Source: Ignavibacteria bacterium (GTDB taxonomy: Bacteria > Bacteroidota > Ignavibacteria > Palsa-1295). From it: DNA of 64,000 nucleotides. The position numbers and the translations under genes were made by a program. The stretch spans positions 24,833 to 88,832 of the forward strand of contig JABDDM010000001.1 in the NCBI GenBank assembly GCA_013287605.1, in the 5' to 3' direction. Every line of letters starts with the position of its first letter. Within the stretch, counting starts at the first letter, position 1. Of the stretch, positions 56,529 through 64,000 are shown one piece after another. The notes below the pieces were generated by a model. It was not told the origin of the DNA, searched no databases, and saw nothing but the letters and a program-made list of their open reading frames with translations.

Positions 56529-57533
56529 ATGAAAAGAAGGACTACGTTCGGATTGATCGCGGCGCTCGCACTTGTCGCGCTGGTGTATGCGATCCTGCTT
56601 TTGCCCAATACCACTTCAACGAATAAAGAGGAACGGATCATCGTCCCAAAAGGAATGACTGTGCAAGCGCTTCGAGATTCTCTCGATGCACATCACCTAT
56701 TACGCTCGCCGTTCCTTTTCAGCCTGGCTGCACGGCTGCTTGGGACGGGCAGCAAGCTGCACGCTGGCGTTTATCGAATTGCGTATGGACTCTCCAATGC
56801 AGAGATCATCCAGCGATTCACTGGCAGCGAGTATGCGCTGATTTTTCAGGCGACATTTCCGGAAGGAATCACGATGCGAAGAGTCGCGCAGATTGCGCGC
56901 GAAAAGCTGGAGCTTGATTCTGCTCTGTTTATGAAATATGCTACCGATCCCGTCTTCATACATTCGCTCGGCGTTCCGAAAGAAGCAAAAGACGCGGAGG
57001 GTTATCTATTTCCGGATACATATCGATTCGTGCTGACAACCGATCCAAAGACGCTTGTCATTCGGATGATCGCACGATGGAAATCGGTCGCGAACGATTC
57101 GGTTCGCGAGAAAGCCGAAGCGCTGGATCTGAGTCTGCATGAACTCATGACGCTAGCCTCAATAGTAGAAGCCGAGGCGCATCTGCCGAAAGAGCGTGAT
57201 ACGATCGCTGGAGTCTATTGGAACAGACTCAACATCGACATGAAGCTGGATGCAGACCCGACCGTTCAATATGGTTTGCATCTCACGCGACCGATCACCC
57301 ATGATGACCTGTCTATCCCAACGCCTTACAACACATACATGAATACGGGTCTGCCACCCGGTCCAATCAATAACCCTGGCGCGGCAGCGATCAAAGCCGC
57401 GCTCGAACCTGCACATCACAACAAACTGTATTTCGTAGCTCGGCGTGATGGCTCAGGCGGACATTATTTTTCTCGCACAATGGACGAACAATCCCGAATG
57501 ATCAATCAGGCCCACGCAAACGCTGCCCCGTAA
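56529..57533 (+). CDS. mltG: endolytic murein transglycosylase MltG (YceG-like)
   Basis: N-terminal TM anchor. YceG motifs LASIVEAEA, VYWNRL, LDADPTVQY and YNTYMNTGLPPGPINNPG. Confidence 0.93.
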   Translation: MKRRTTFGLIAALALVALVYAILLLPNTTSTNKEERIIVPKGMTVQALRDSLDAHHLLRSPFLFSLAARLLGTGSKLHAGVYRIAYGLSNAEIIQRFTGSEYALIFQATFPEGITMRRVAQIAREKLELDSALFMKYATDPVFIHSLGVPKEAKDAEGYLFPDTYRFVLTTDPKTLVIRMIARWKSVANDSVREKAEALDLSLHELMTLASIVEAEAHLPKERDTIAGVYWNRLNIDMKLDADPTVQYGLHLTRPITHDDLSIPTPYNTYMNTGLPPGPINNPGAAAIKAALEPAHHNKLYFVARRDGSGGHYFSRTMDEQSRMINQAHANAAP

Positions 57534-57633
57534 TCCAGGCTCGAAGAAATCGGAACGAGCGCTTTCATCGACCTGTTGAACCGGTCGCCTAAGACTCGGT
57601 AACGATTGATTCGGCAACGAGCATTAGCAGTTT

Positions 57634-57707
57634 CGGCGTGTAGCGCAGCCTGGTAGCGCACTACTTTGGGGTAGTAGGGGTCGTGGGTTCAAATCCCGCC
57701 ACGCCGA
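57634..57707 (+). tRNA. tRNA-Pro(GGG): tRNA-Pro (anticodon GGG)
   Basis: Hand-folded cloverleaf. Acceptor CGGCGTG/CACGCCG, D-stem GCGC/GCGC, anticodon stem CTACT/AGTAG with loop TTGGGGT (GGG, G37), and T-arm GTGGG-TTCAAAT-CCCGC. CCA is not encoded. Confidence 0.95.
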
Positions 57708-57729
57708 CAAGAATTTTCGGACCTCACCC

Positions 57730-57751
57730 GCCTCAATCAACGAGGCTTTTG
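57730..57751 (+). terminator. weak hairpin plus T-run after tRNA-Pro
   Basis: gcctc / gaggc 5-bp stem with an 8-nt loop, followed by tttt. Confidence 0.35.
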
Positions 57752-57760
57752 TATCCCCAC

Positions 57761-60700
57761 TCATCTTTCCCGAATAAGTTTTTTCTCCGCGACATTGCCG
57801 AGATGATCTTGCACGCGCAAGAGATAAACACCGTTTGCGAGCCCGCCGCCTGAAACAGTGATAGTCCGATTTCCGACTCCGGAAGCACATGCGACTTTTC
57901 GACCCAACACATCGATCACTGAATAATCAAATGGCGCTTCGATCGAATTCGGAACGGTCGCTATGACCGATTTAGTAAATGGGTTTGGAAATATTTGTAG
58001 TTGTGCAGCAGGCTTCATTGGTGTTTCGACTGCTCCGGGGACCGGGTCTTGTTCGATCTTCCATATTAGTGGTCGATACTTGCCGAGAGAATCAGCCGTT
58101 CCACCACAAACATAGATTGGACCGTGGTGATCTAGAACTGCATCAAGAGCAGTGTCACGCGTCGATCCACCTCCATGGCTGGTGATCCATCGAAGTGTGC
58201 CCAGTGAATCATACTTTAAGACGACGACAATTGAGTTGCTTCCTTGCTGAGCAGTTGCAACGATATAAACATTGTTCGCTGCGTCTGTAAGAAGTTTGCA
58301 AGGTAGGCGTCGTTCGTTAGCATAAGTGCGGTCATCGAGAATAAGACTGTTGTAGTTATGCTGCCAAAGCAGTCCTCGGCTCTCGGAATAACGCGTAATT
58401 CCGATATTCGTATTGTAAGTATTGAGATCAGCATCCGGCGAACGTACCCATAGACGGTGCGCGGGGAAATAGCGTTCGTTCACGATGTTTCCATTAACAT
58501 CCACCTTCGTAAGCGAGTCACCAATGATCATGGCATTTCCGTTCTGGTCAACATACATCGAGCTTCCCTCGACTCGCGTTGACCAAGAAGAAGTCAGCTG
58601 CCCGACAGAGAAATGGGACAGCCTGTTCTCCCGCTTATCAACATAGAACGGTGGTTGGTACCATATCGAGGTATCTGTTTTATCGAAACTGTTCAGCAGA
58701 TAGAATCCTCCGACTCCGTCCAGCTCTGCTGCAATTGGATAATCGTCAAGATTATACTCATATCCAGAGTTACCAGCATCCAAAAACAGTTGGGAGGTGC
58801 CGTTAATCAAGCTGATCGAAGGATGGGAATTCTGTGAGTTTGTCCAAAAGACCCCGATCTGCCCAACTTCCGATTTATCGTATGCTGCATCGTGGACATA
58901 CCATCCATATCCATGACAGATCTCAATGATTTGACTGTTCGGAAGTACAAGTGTTCGGAAAGGAACAACATTGGAGTCATGTCCCAATGTATCTGCCCAC
59001 CTAAATGTGCCTTGCTTGTCAAATGACGTGAGCACACAATTATCAAAATCCGTTGCACTCGCGAAATGATTGCGAAGTATTCCAGAGAAGTATATATTTT
59101 GGGATCCATCTGTCACGATTTGCCACGGCACGTCGGACCCTGCACCCGTCCCATGAATAACCCTCGACCACATCGAGCTGCCGGAGGAATCGTACTCATC
59201 AAGGATCATGTCCTGATGAAGTGTCTGATCGGCGCCCTGTATCCCGACGAGCAACTTCCCATCGCCGGCTAATGCGAGAGTTTTCGCGAAGCTATCACCA
59301 GTATCGTTCGGCGCGGGTCGCACCAGGGACCATGATGTATTCACACGATCACTTGCTACATATAAATGATATGCGATGGTATCCAGGCTGGCAGATTCCG
59401 CATTTGAATGAACAACTACGATCCCGGAATCCAAACCAGCCTTTACAGGATGGATCGAGACATCAAGAGGCACTTCAATGCCGGCAGCAATCAATTTCAG
59501 AACAGTACCAATGATGTTGCACTCGGAGGATGAGGGTTGATAAGCAGTTATTCGGAGTGAATCCGTCCCGTCGTTATATAAATAGCTTCGCTCAATGATA
59601 GTCTGACCAAGTTGCAATGTTGCGAGAGTGGGATTCGAGATAATCCTAAGATGAGGCAGCTTCGCTCTGGCATCGATCCGTACTTTGAGTGGGCTAGTGA
59701 AAGGATCATCCGTTGTGATCGTTAAATGAACTCCTTCACCCACGCTAGTTAAAACAGAAAACGTATAGCGCACAAAGGCACTATCTCCAGGCAGAACGGT
59801 CAGGTTGCTATCAAGCGAGCTAAGATGCGGATTGTCGCCTGTGACATTGAGCACGTTCCAACTGGTCGTGTCATCGTTTCGTACAAGCAAGCGGTGAACG
59901 GAGCTATCATTCTTCGGATAGACCCCGATAAACGTGTCTATGGAATTTAGATACAACCAGCCACGTCTTTGAGCATTGGCTGAACGATTGATCCAGCTTG
60001 CATCAGGCCAGGGGCCGGATGTGCCTAGAATAGCCGCCGTATGTGAACCCCCAAGCACCGGCGTTTTCAAACTATCAGCCGTCAAGAGTGGAAGAGCTTC
60101 GCGTTGCCAGGATTTCCCCGAATCTCGTGTTGCCAGAATATATCGCGTGGTTTTTTGAAATGTAGCGTAGCCCCTTCCGCCTGAACCGAAACTAAGATGT
60201 GTCGTTCGAATTGAGGTTCGAGCAACAGGCATCCAATGCGCTCCGAGATCAGAACTCGAGTAGATACCACTGTCGGTAGATGCCTCCCATCGCTGGCCTC
60301 CAACATATTTGATCTCCGTCGCATAACCAAAGAAGATAGCTGACGTGTCGAGCACGTTCAAGATAGTCCAGGTAGTGTCCGGATAAAGTTTTCTTACTAT
60401 GAGCGATCTACCGGCAGTGTCCTGAAGGACCGCGATTGCATTGCCTACAGCGTCTTGATCATATGAGCGAATGTCGCCAACGGTATATCCGATGAACTTA
60501 CTGCCATCGAGCACAAGGTCGCACGGCAGACCCCCCTGATCTTTTGATCGATACACGAACAATCCCTGAAACGGGACCGATAAATGGAGTGAATATGCAG
60601 CAGTTGCAAAAATGAAACGTCCATTACCGACAGTTGTCAAGTATCGTGAGTCGTTAGTAAAGGGTCGCACGTTTGGATAGATCTCATTCCATGTCCTGCC

Positions 60701-61048
60701 ACCATCCACCGTCTCCTCGATTCCACTGCCCTGCGCTTGATTGCTATACTTGTGAACGAATACAAATCCGTGTGTCGCTGAAAGGAAATGAAATGAGGTA
60801 GGCATGTTTGTACCCAATGTGCCTGCAAAGAAGCTAGTGCTATCCTGCACTTGCCATGACGCCCCTGCATTCGTTGTCGTATAGAGCGGGAAAGATGCTA
60901 GATCAGGATAGACACGTACTCCGAATCCAGAGGAATCATCCAGGAATTGGATCTGGCTAAACATTTGGGAAAGCCCACTCCATTGCCCCACCGCAGTTGT
61001 ACTGCAGATCACGATGAGAGTCAGTGAAAGGGTGAGGGCCTTGTACAT
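57761..61048 (-). CDS. giant secreted multi-domain protein (1095 aa) with T9SS C-terminal sorting domain, function unknown
   Basis: Signal peptide from ATG 61048. N-terminal Asp-box/BNR-like repeats (TTNAGASW, VDGGRTW, SSDLGAHW, TRDSGKSW). Central Ig-like modules. SBBP-like propeller repeats (NNVYIVATAQ..LKYDSLGTLRW). Terminal IFPNPF..VIDVLGRKV..GVYLLRV CTD. Confidence 0.85.
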   Translation of the reverse strand: MYKALTLSLTLIVICSTTAVGQWSGLSQMFSQIQFLDDSSGFGVRVYPDLASFPLYTTTNAGASWQVQDSTSFFAGTLGTNMPTSFHFLSATHGFVFVHKYSNQAQGSGIEETVDGGRTWNEIYPNVRPFTNDSRYLTTVGNGRFIFATAAYSLHLSVPFQGLFVYRSKDQGGLPCDLVLDGSKFIGYTVGDIRSYDQDAVGNAIAVLQDTAGRSLIVRKLYPDTTWTILNVLDTSAIFFGYATEIKYVGGQRWEASTDSGIYSSSDLGAHWMPVARTSIRTTHLSFGSGGRGYATFQKTTRYILATRDSGKSWQREALPLLTADSLKTPVLGGSHTAAILGTSGPWPDASWINRSANAQRRGWLYLNSIDTFIGVYPKNDSSVHRLLVRNDDTTSWNVLNVTGDNPHLSSLDSNLTVLPGDSAFVRYTFSVLTSVGEGVHLTITTDDPFTSPLKVRIDARAKLPHLRIISNPTLATLQLGQTIIERSYLYNDGTDSLRITAYQPSSSECNIIGTVLKLIAAGIEVPLDVSIHPVKAGLDSGIVVVHSNAESASLDTIAYHLYVASDRVNTSWSLVRPAPNDTGDSFAKTLALAGDGKLLVGIQGADQTLHQDMILDEYDSSGSSMWSRVIHGTGAGSDVPWQIVTDGSQNIYFSGILRNHFASATDFDNCVLTSFDKQGTFRWADTLGHDSNVVPFRTLVLPNSQIIEICHGYGWYVHDAAYDKSEVGQIGVFWTNSQNSHPSISLINGTSQLFLDAGNSGYEYNLDDYPIAAELDGVGGFYLLNSFDKTDTSIWYQPPFYVDKRENRLSHFSVGQLTSSWSTRVEGSSMYVDQNGNAMIIGDSLTKVDVNGNIVNERYFPAHRLWVRSPDADLNTYNTNIGITRYSESRGLLWQHNYNSLILDDRTYANERRLPCKLLTDAANNVYIVATAQQGSNSIVVVLKYDSLGTLRWITSHGGGSTRDTALDAVLDHHGPIYVCGGTADSLGKYRPLIWKIEQDPVPGAVETPMKPAAQLQIFPNPFTKSVIATVPNSIEAPFDYSVIDVLGRKVACASGVGNRTITVSGGGLANGVYLLRVQDHLGNVAEKKLIRER

Positions 61049-61108
61049 TATGGATAAATAGAGTTGCCGAGTAGAAAAGGAATCCGAAAGGGCGAACAAA
61101 CATTCGTT

Positions 61109-61127
61109 GGGGAAAAATTTTTACCCC
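61109..61127 (-). terminator. AT-centred hairpin downstream of rodA
   Basis: ggggaaaaa/ttttt(a)cccc imperfect palindrome lying 11 nt after the rodA stop. Weak evidence. Confidence 0.3.
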
Positions 61128-61137
61128 AGGCGCGCAA

Positions 61138-62388
61138 TCAAAACAGCATCCTCCTATTCCGATAAAGATTCATCAGCACGCCGGCCATGACGAGGTTGGT
61201 CAGTAGTGCGGAGCCGCCGTAGCTCATGAAGGGTAGCGGGATGCCTACTACAGGCATGAGCCCGAGTGCCATTCCGATGTTTACTGTGCAGTGCAAGAAC
61301 CAGATGCCTGAGATGCCGATCGCGAGAACACTCGCGAAACGGCTTCGAACGCTGGAGGCGATCGCGATGCCTCGGAAGATCACGAAGAGATAGAGCAGCA
61401 GGATCACGACTGCGCCGAGAAATCCGAACTCCTCGCTTGGTACACTGATGATAAAGTCGGTCCACTGCTTGGGCACGTAGCGCAACTGCGTTTGCGTCCC
61501 TTTCAAATAACCTTTGCCGACGATGCCGCCGGAGCCGATCGCCATGCGTGTCTGGATCACATTGTAGCCTTTGCCAAGTGGATCCAACTCGGGATCGAGC
61601 ACGACCTGAATGCGATCGCGCATGTATTGCTTCATGTGGTTCAGGACGAAATTCGTCGAGAACGCGACGCCGATCACGATCGTGAATGCCAGAATAGTCA
61701 GCACAAGATTTCGGCGGAAGGCAAAAAAGAGCACTGCTCCACCAATGAGTACGGACGCGATCATCGGCGTTCGCCCGAACAACGCAAGCACCGCAACAAC
61801 CAGCGGAGCACAGATCGCAGCAAGCAAAAACAGATCGGCGCCAGCCCAGAGCAAAACAATACCCAACAAACCAACAAAGATGATCGCACTTCCTGGATCT
61901 GGCTCAAGCATGATGAGCGCGACAGGAACCATGATCAGTGCGACCGTGACGAGAAGTGGTACGATGCGCGAGAGGTCCTGCTCTTTCGAAAGATATTTAC
62001 CTACTGCCAGCATCGTTGCGAGCTTCGCAAGTTCGGACGGTTGAAATTGAGCCGTGCCAATCGAGATCCAGCTTCGATGCCCATAAACGAGCTTTCCCGC
62101 AAACGCGACATAGACAAGCAGCACCAGCGAGATTGCATAAAGCGGATAGGCGATGAGCGTGAACCATCGCGCGGGCAGGTAAGCCATGATGAGCATCAAA
62201 CCGATGCCCGCTGCGGCGAACGCGAGCTGAAGTTTAAAGCGATCGTTCATCTGCGCCGCATAGGTTGCGCTGAAAATAGCGGCAAAGCCTACTGCGGTAA
62301 TAAGCAGTACGGAGATGAGCGTCGTCATGTCAAAATGACGAGCTTCCAGTAGTTCAACACGATCGAACGAGTCGCGTCCGCGGGGCAT
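61138..62388 (-). CDS. rodA: rod shape-determining protein RodA (SEDS family peptidoglycan polymerase)
   Basis: 10-TM FtsW/RodA/SpoVE pattern. QPSELAKL, TDFIISV..EEFGF and PFMSYGGSALL motifs. Confidence 0.9.
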   Translation of the reverse strand: MPRGRDSFDRVELLEARHFDMTTLISVLLITAVGFAAIFSATYAAQMNDRFKLQLAFAAAGIGLMLIMAYLPARWFTLIAYPLYAISLVLLVYVAFAGKLVYGHRSWISIGTAQFQPSELAKLATMLAVGKYLSKEQDLSRIVPLLVTVALIMVPVALIMLEPDPGSAIIFVGLLGIVLLWAGADLFLLAAICAPLVVAVLALFGRTPMIASVLIGGAVLFFAFRRNLVLTILAFTIVIGVAFSTNFVLNHMKQYMRDRIQVVLDPELDPLGKGYNVIQTRMAIGSGGIVGKGYLKGTQTQLRYVPKQWTDFIISVPSEEFGFLGAVVILLLYLFVIFRGIAIASSVRSRFASVLAIGISGIWFLHCTVNIGMALGLMPVVGIPLPFMSYGGSALLTNLVMAGVLMNLYRNRRMLF

Positions 62389-62403
62389 GAGTATTAAGTC
62401 AGG

Positions 62404-62937
62404 TTATTCGCGAGAGCTGTCGCGCGGATCGTAATAGGATCGGCGCGCCACGAACGGCTTCATTGCACGCGGCGCGTCGAGTACTTCCTTCATGATAAAA
62501 TAATTGCGGATCGTGTCGGCGGTATAGGCAAACTTGTATGCGCGCGGCTTTGCGGATTCAGTAACAAGATCAAACGATCTATCGAGCGCAAGCCGCTCCT
62601 TCTTTGAAAAGCCCTGATTGAGTTGAAAGTTCGAAACACCCGCCTCGGCATTGTCATACTCTTTATAGACAGCCTGCTGTTCGAACGGCTTCGCACCCGC
62701 ACGTTGGCGCAATTTGAGTACCGCTGCCTCGACATCAGCCTGGACATTAGCCTCTGAGGAATCAAAGGCCTGAGAAATTCTATCCGGATTAACTGGCGGC
62801 CGCGCAGTTGGCATCTGCCTGTTTGCAGGATTTGACCTGGGAGCATTCCGCATCTCGGTCGACCTGCGCTGGCCTTTGAATGCCCGCCTCAGGATCGAGT
62901 AGAGGATGAATATGAGAAAAACGTAATAGGATTTCAT
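62404..62937 (-). CDS. hypothetical membrane-anchored protein
   Basis: N-terminal TM helix followed by a basic/Pro-rich region. Its ATG overlaps the hutI stop as ATGA (62937-62934). It ends 15 nt before rodA. Confidence 0.6.
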   Translation of the reverse strand: MKSYYVFLIFILYSILRRAFKGQRRSTEMRNAPRSNPANRQMPTARPPVNPDRISQAFDSSEANVQADVEAAVLKLRQRAGAKPFEQQAVYKEYDNAEAGVSNFQLNQGFSKKERLALDRSFDLVTESAKPRAYKFAYTADTIRNYFIMKEVLDAPRAMKPFVARRSYYDPRDSSRE

Positions 62938-64000
62938 TCAGAGATATCGGTCAGCCCTTCACCAACAACCACATCGCCTCTCTTGATCACAGCAACAACA
63001 TCGCTGACGGCGATATGATACGGCAGATAGGCCAGTTGCGGTATGTCATACAATACAACATCCATGAACTTGCCTGGTTCGATTGAGCCGTGAGTTTTTT
63101 CAAGCCCAAGTGCCGCTGCGCCGTTAAGTGTTGCGGCTGTGAGCGCCTCTTCGACCGACATCTGCATTCCGATCACGGCGAGCGTCATCGCGAACTGCAT
63201 GTTCTCGCTCATCGAGCTTCCGGGGTTGCAATCCGTCGCAATAGCAACGATCGCCCCAGCATCGATCAATCTGCGAGCTGGCGCGAATGGCGCGCGGATA
63301 CTTAATGCCGTGGTCGGCAAAAGTGTGGCGACAGTGTTGCTGCCAGCAAGCGCATCAATGCCTGACCGACTCACCTTGAGCAAATGATCCGCGCTCAGGC
63401 ATCCCAATTGGACCGCAAGCTCCGCGCCGGAAGTGTCCGCGAGTTCGTCGGCGTGAAGTCGCGGGCGAAGTCCGGCTTTCACACCCGCTTCGATGATCCT
63501 TCTGGTTTGCGCATTGGAGAAATAACCTTCGTCACAGAAGACATCGATAAACTCGGCAGCGCCGGCACGCACGACTTCCGGCAGTTGCTTTTGAATGACT
63601 TCATCGACATACTCTTCATGATCCACACCATTTGGAAACGCGTGCGCTCCGAGGAACGTCGTGTGAATCTCCATCGGTGTGCGCCTGCCCAATTCCTTTG
63701 CTGCTTTCAGGAGCTTTAACTCATTTACAACATCAAGGCCGTAACCTGATTTCACTTCGATCGTTGTAGTGCCAAGTCGCAGAGCGCTTTCGATGTATCG
63801 CTTTGAATGCTTGACGATCGCATCCATCGTTGCATTGCGCACACTCTTGACAGAGCTCTGTATTCCGCCACCAGCCGACGCAACATCCTGATACGACTTG
63901 CCTTCAGCCCGCATTGCAAATTCCATCGAACGCTCACCCGCGAAGATCGCATGGGTATGCGAATCGACAAATCCCGGCAGCGCGACGAGTCCCCGACAGT
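62934..64000 (-). CDS. hutI: imidazolonepropionase (5'-truncated by window edge)
   Basis: The reading frame stays open upstream of the track ORF to the window end and encodes ..PGFVDSHTHAIFAGERSMEFAMRAEG.. (metal-binding HxH) and later ..DCNPGSS... Amidohydrolase fold typical of HutI. Confidence 0.9.
   Translation of the reverse strand, partial: CRGLVALPGFVDSHTHAIFAGERSMEFAMRAEGKSYQDVASAGGGIQSSVKSVRNATMDAIVKHSKRYIESALRLGTTTIEVKSGYGLDVVNELKLLKAAKELGRRTPMEIHTTFLGAHAFPNGVDHEEYVDEVIQKQLPEVVRAGAAEFIDVFCDEGYFSNAQTRRIIEAGVKAGLRPRLHADELADTSGAELAVQLGCLSADHLLKVSRSGIDALAGSNTVATLLPTTALSIRAPFAPARRLIDAGAIVAIATDCNPGSSMSENMQFAMTLAVIGMQMSVEEALTAATLNGAAALGLEKTHGSIEPGKFMDVVLYDIPQLAYLPYHIAVSDVVAVIKRGDVVVGEGLTDISE

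Noticed and set aside
57708-61137. Genomic island integrated at tRNA-Pro
   Set aside because: There is no integrase, excisionase or att-like duplication of the tRNA 3' end, and the segment holds only a single cargo gene. It is kept only as a low-weight hypothesis in the findings.
61492-62352. 286-aa ORF antisense to rodA
   Set aside because: It is a shadow ORF. Its composition is highly charged (R/D/E/K/H/Q), typical of the antisense strand of a hydrophobic membrane-protein gene.

Overview
This is a 64-kb chromosomal window from a Gram-negative bacterium of the FCB group (Ignavibacteria/Chlorobi/Bacteroidota-like). The taxonomic call rests on an LpxC-FabZ fusion gene, five proteins ending in T9SS Por-type C-terminal sorting domains, and almost no Shine-Dalgarno sequences. 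I call about 58 protein genes and one tRNA-Pro(GGG). I saw no rRNA, CRISPR array, transposase, integrase, phage or recognisable defence genes. The content is mostly cell-envelope housekeeping: lipid A genes (lpxC/fabZ, lpxA, lpxD), the BAM/Skp cluster (uppS-bamA-skp-skp-lpxD), peptidoglycan genes (murI, glmM, mltG, rodA), and dxr-rseP. It also holds a Liv-type ABC importer, rnr/rlmB, cysS, dprA, an orphan cytochrome oxidase subunit III/IV pair, an MFS exporter and a 5'-truncated hutI at the right edge. I found no clear-cut novel multi-gene system and prefer to say so. The best candidates for new biology are: (1) a large outer-membrane barrel gene whose only SD+ATG is in a different frame from its 2.1-kb ORF, joined at a T5 run; (2) two unannotated small membrane ORFs, one coupled by a TAATG overlap to coxIV; (3) a nested-hairpin MITE-like element and a second palindromic repeat family; (4) two CpoB/YbgF-like TPR lipoprotein paralogs flanking an uncharacterised beta-barrel; (5) two giant (>1000 aa) T9SS cargo proteins with no recognisable catalytic domain, plus a BNR-propeller cargo; (6) a recurrent Pro-rich tail on periplasmic proteins. 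All functional calls come from reading motifs in the supplied translations. No database search was run.
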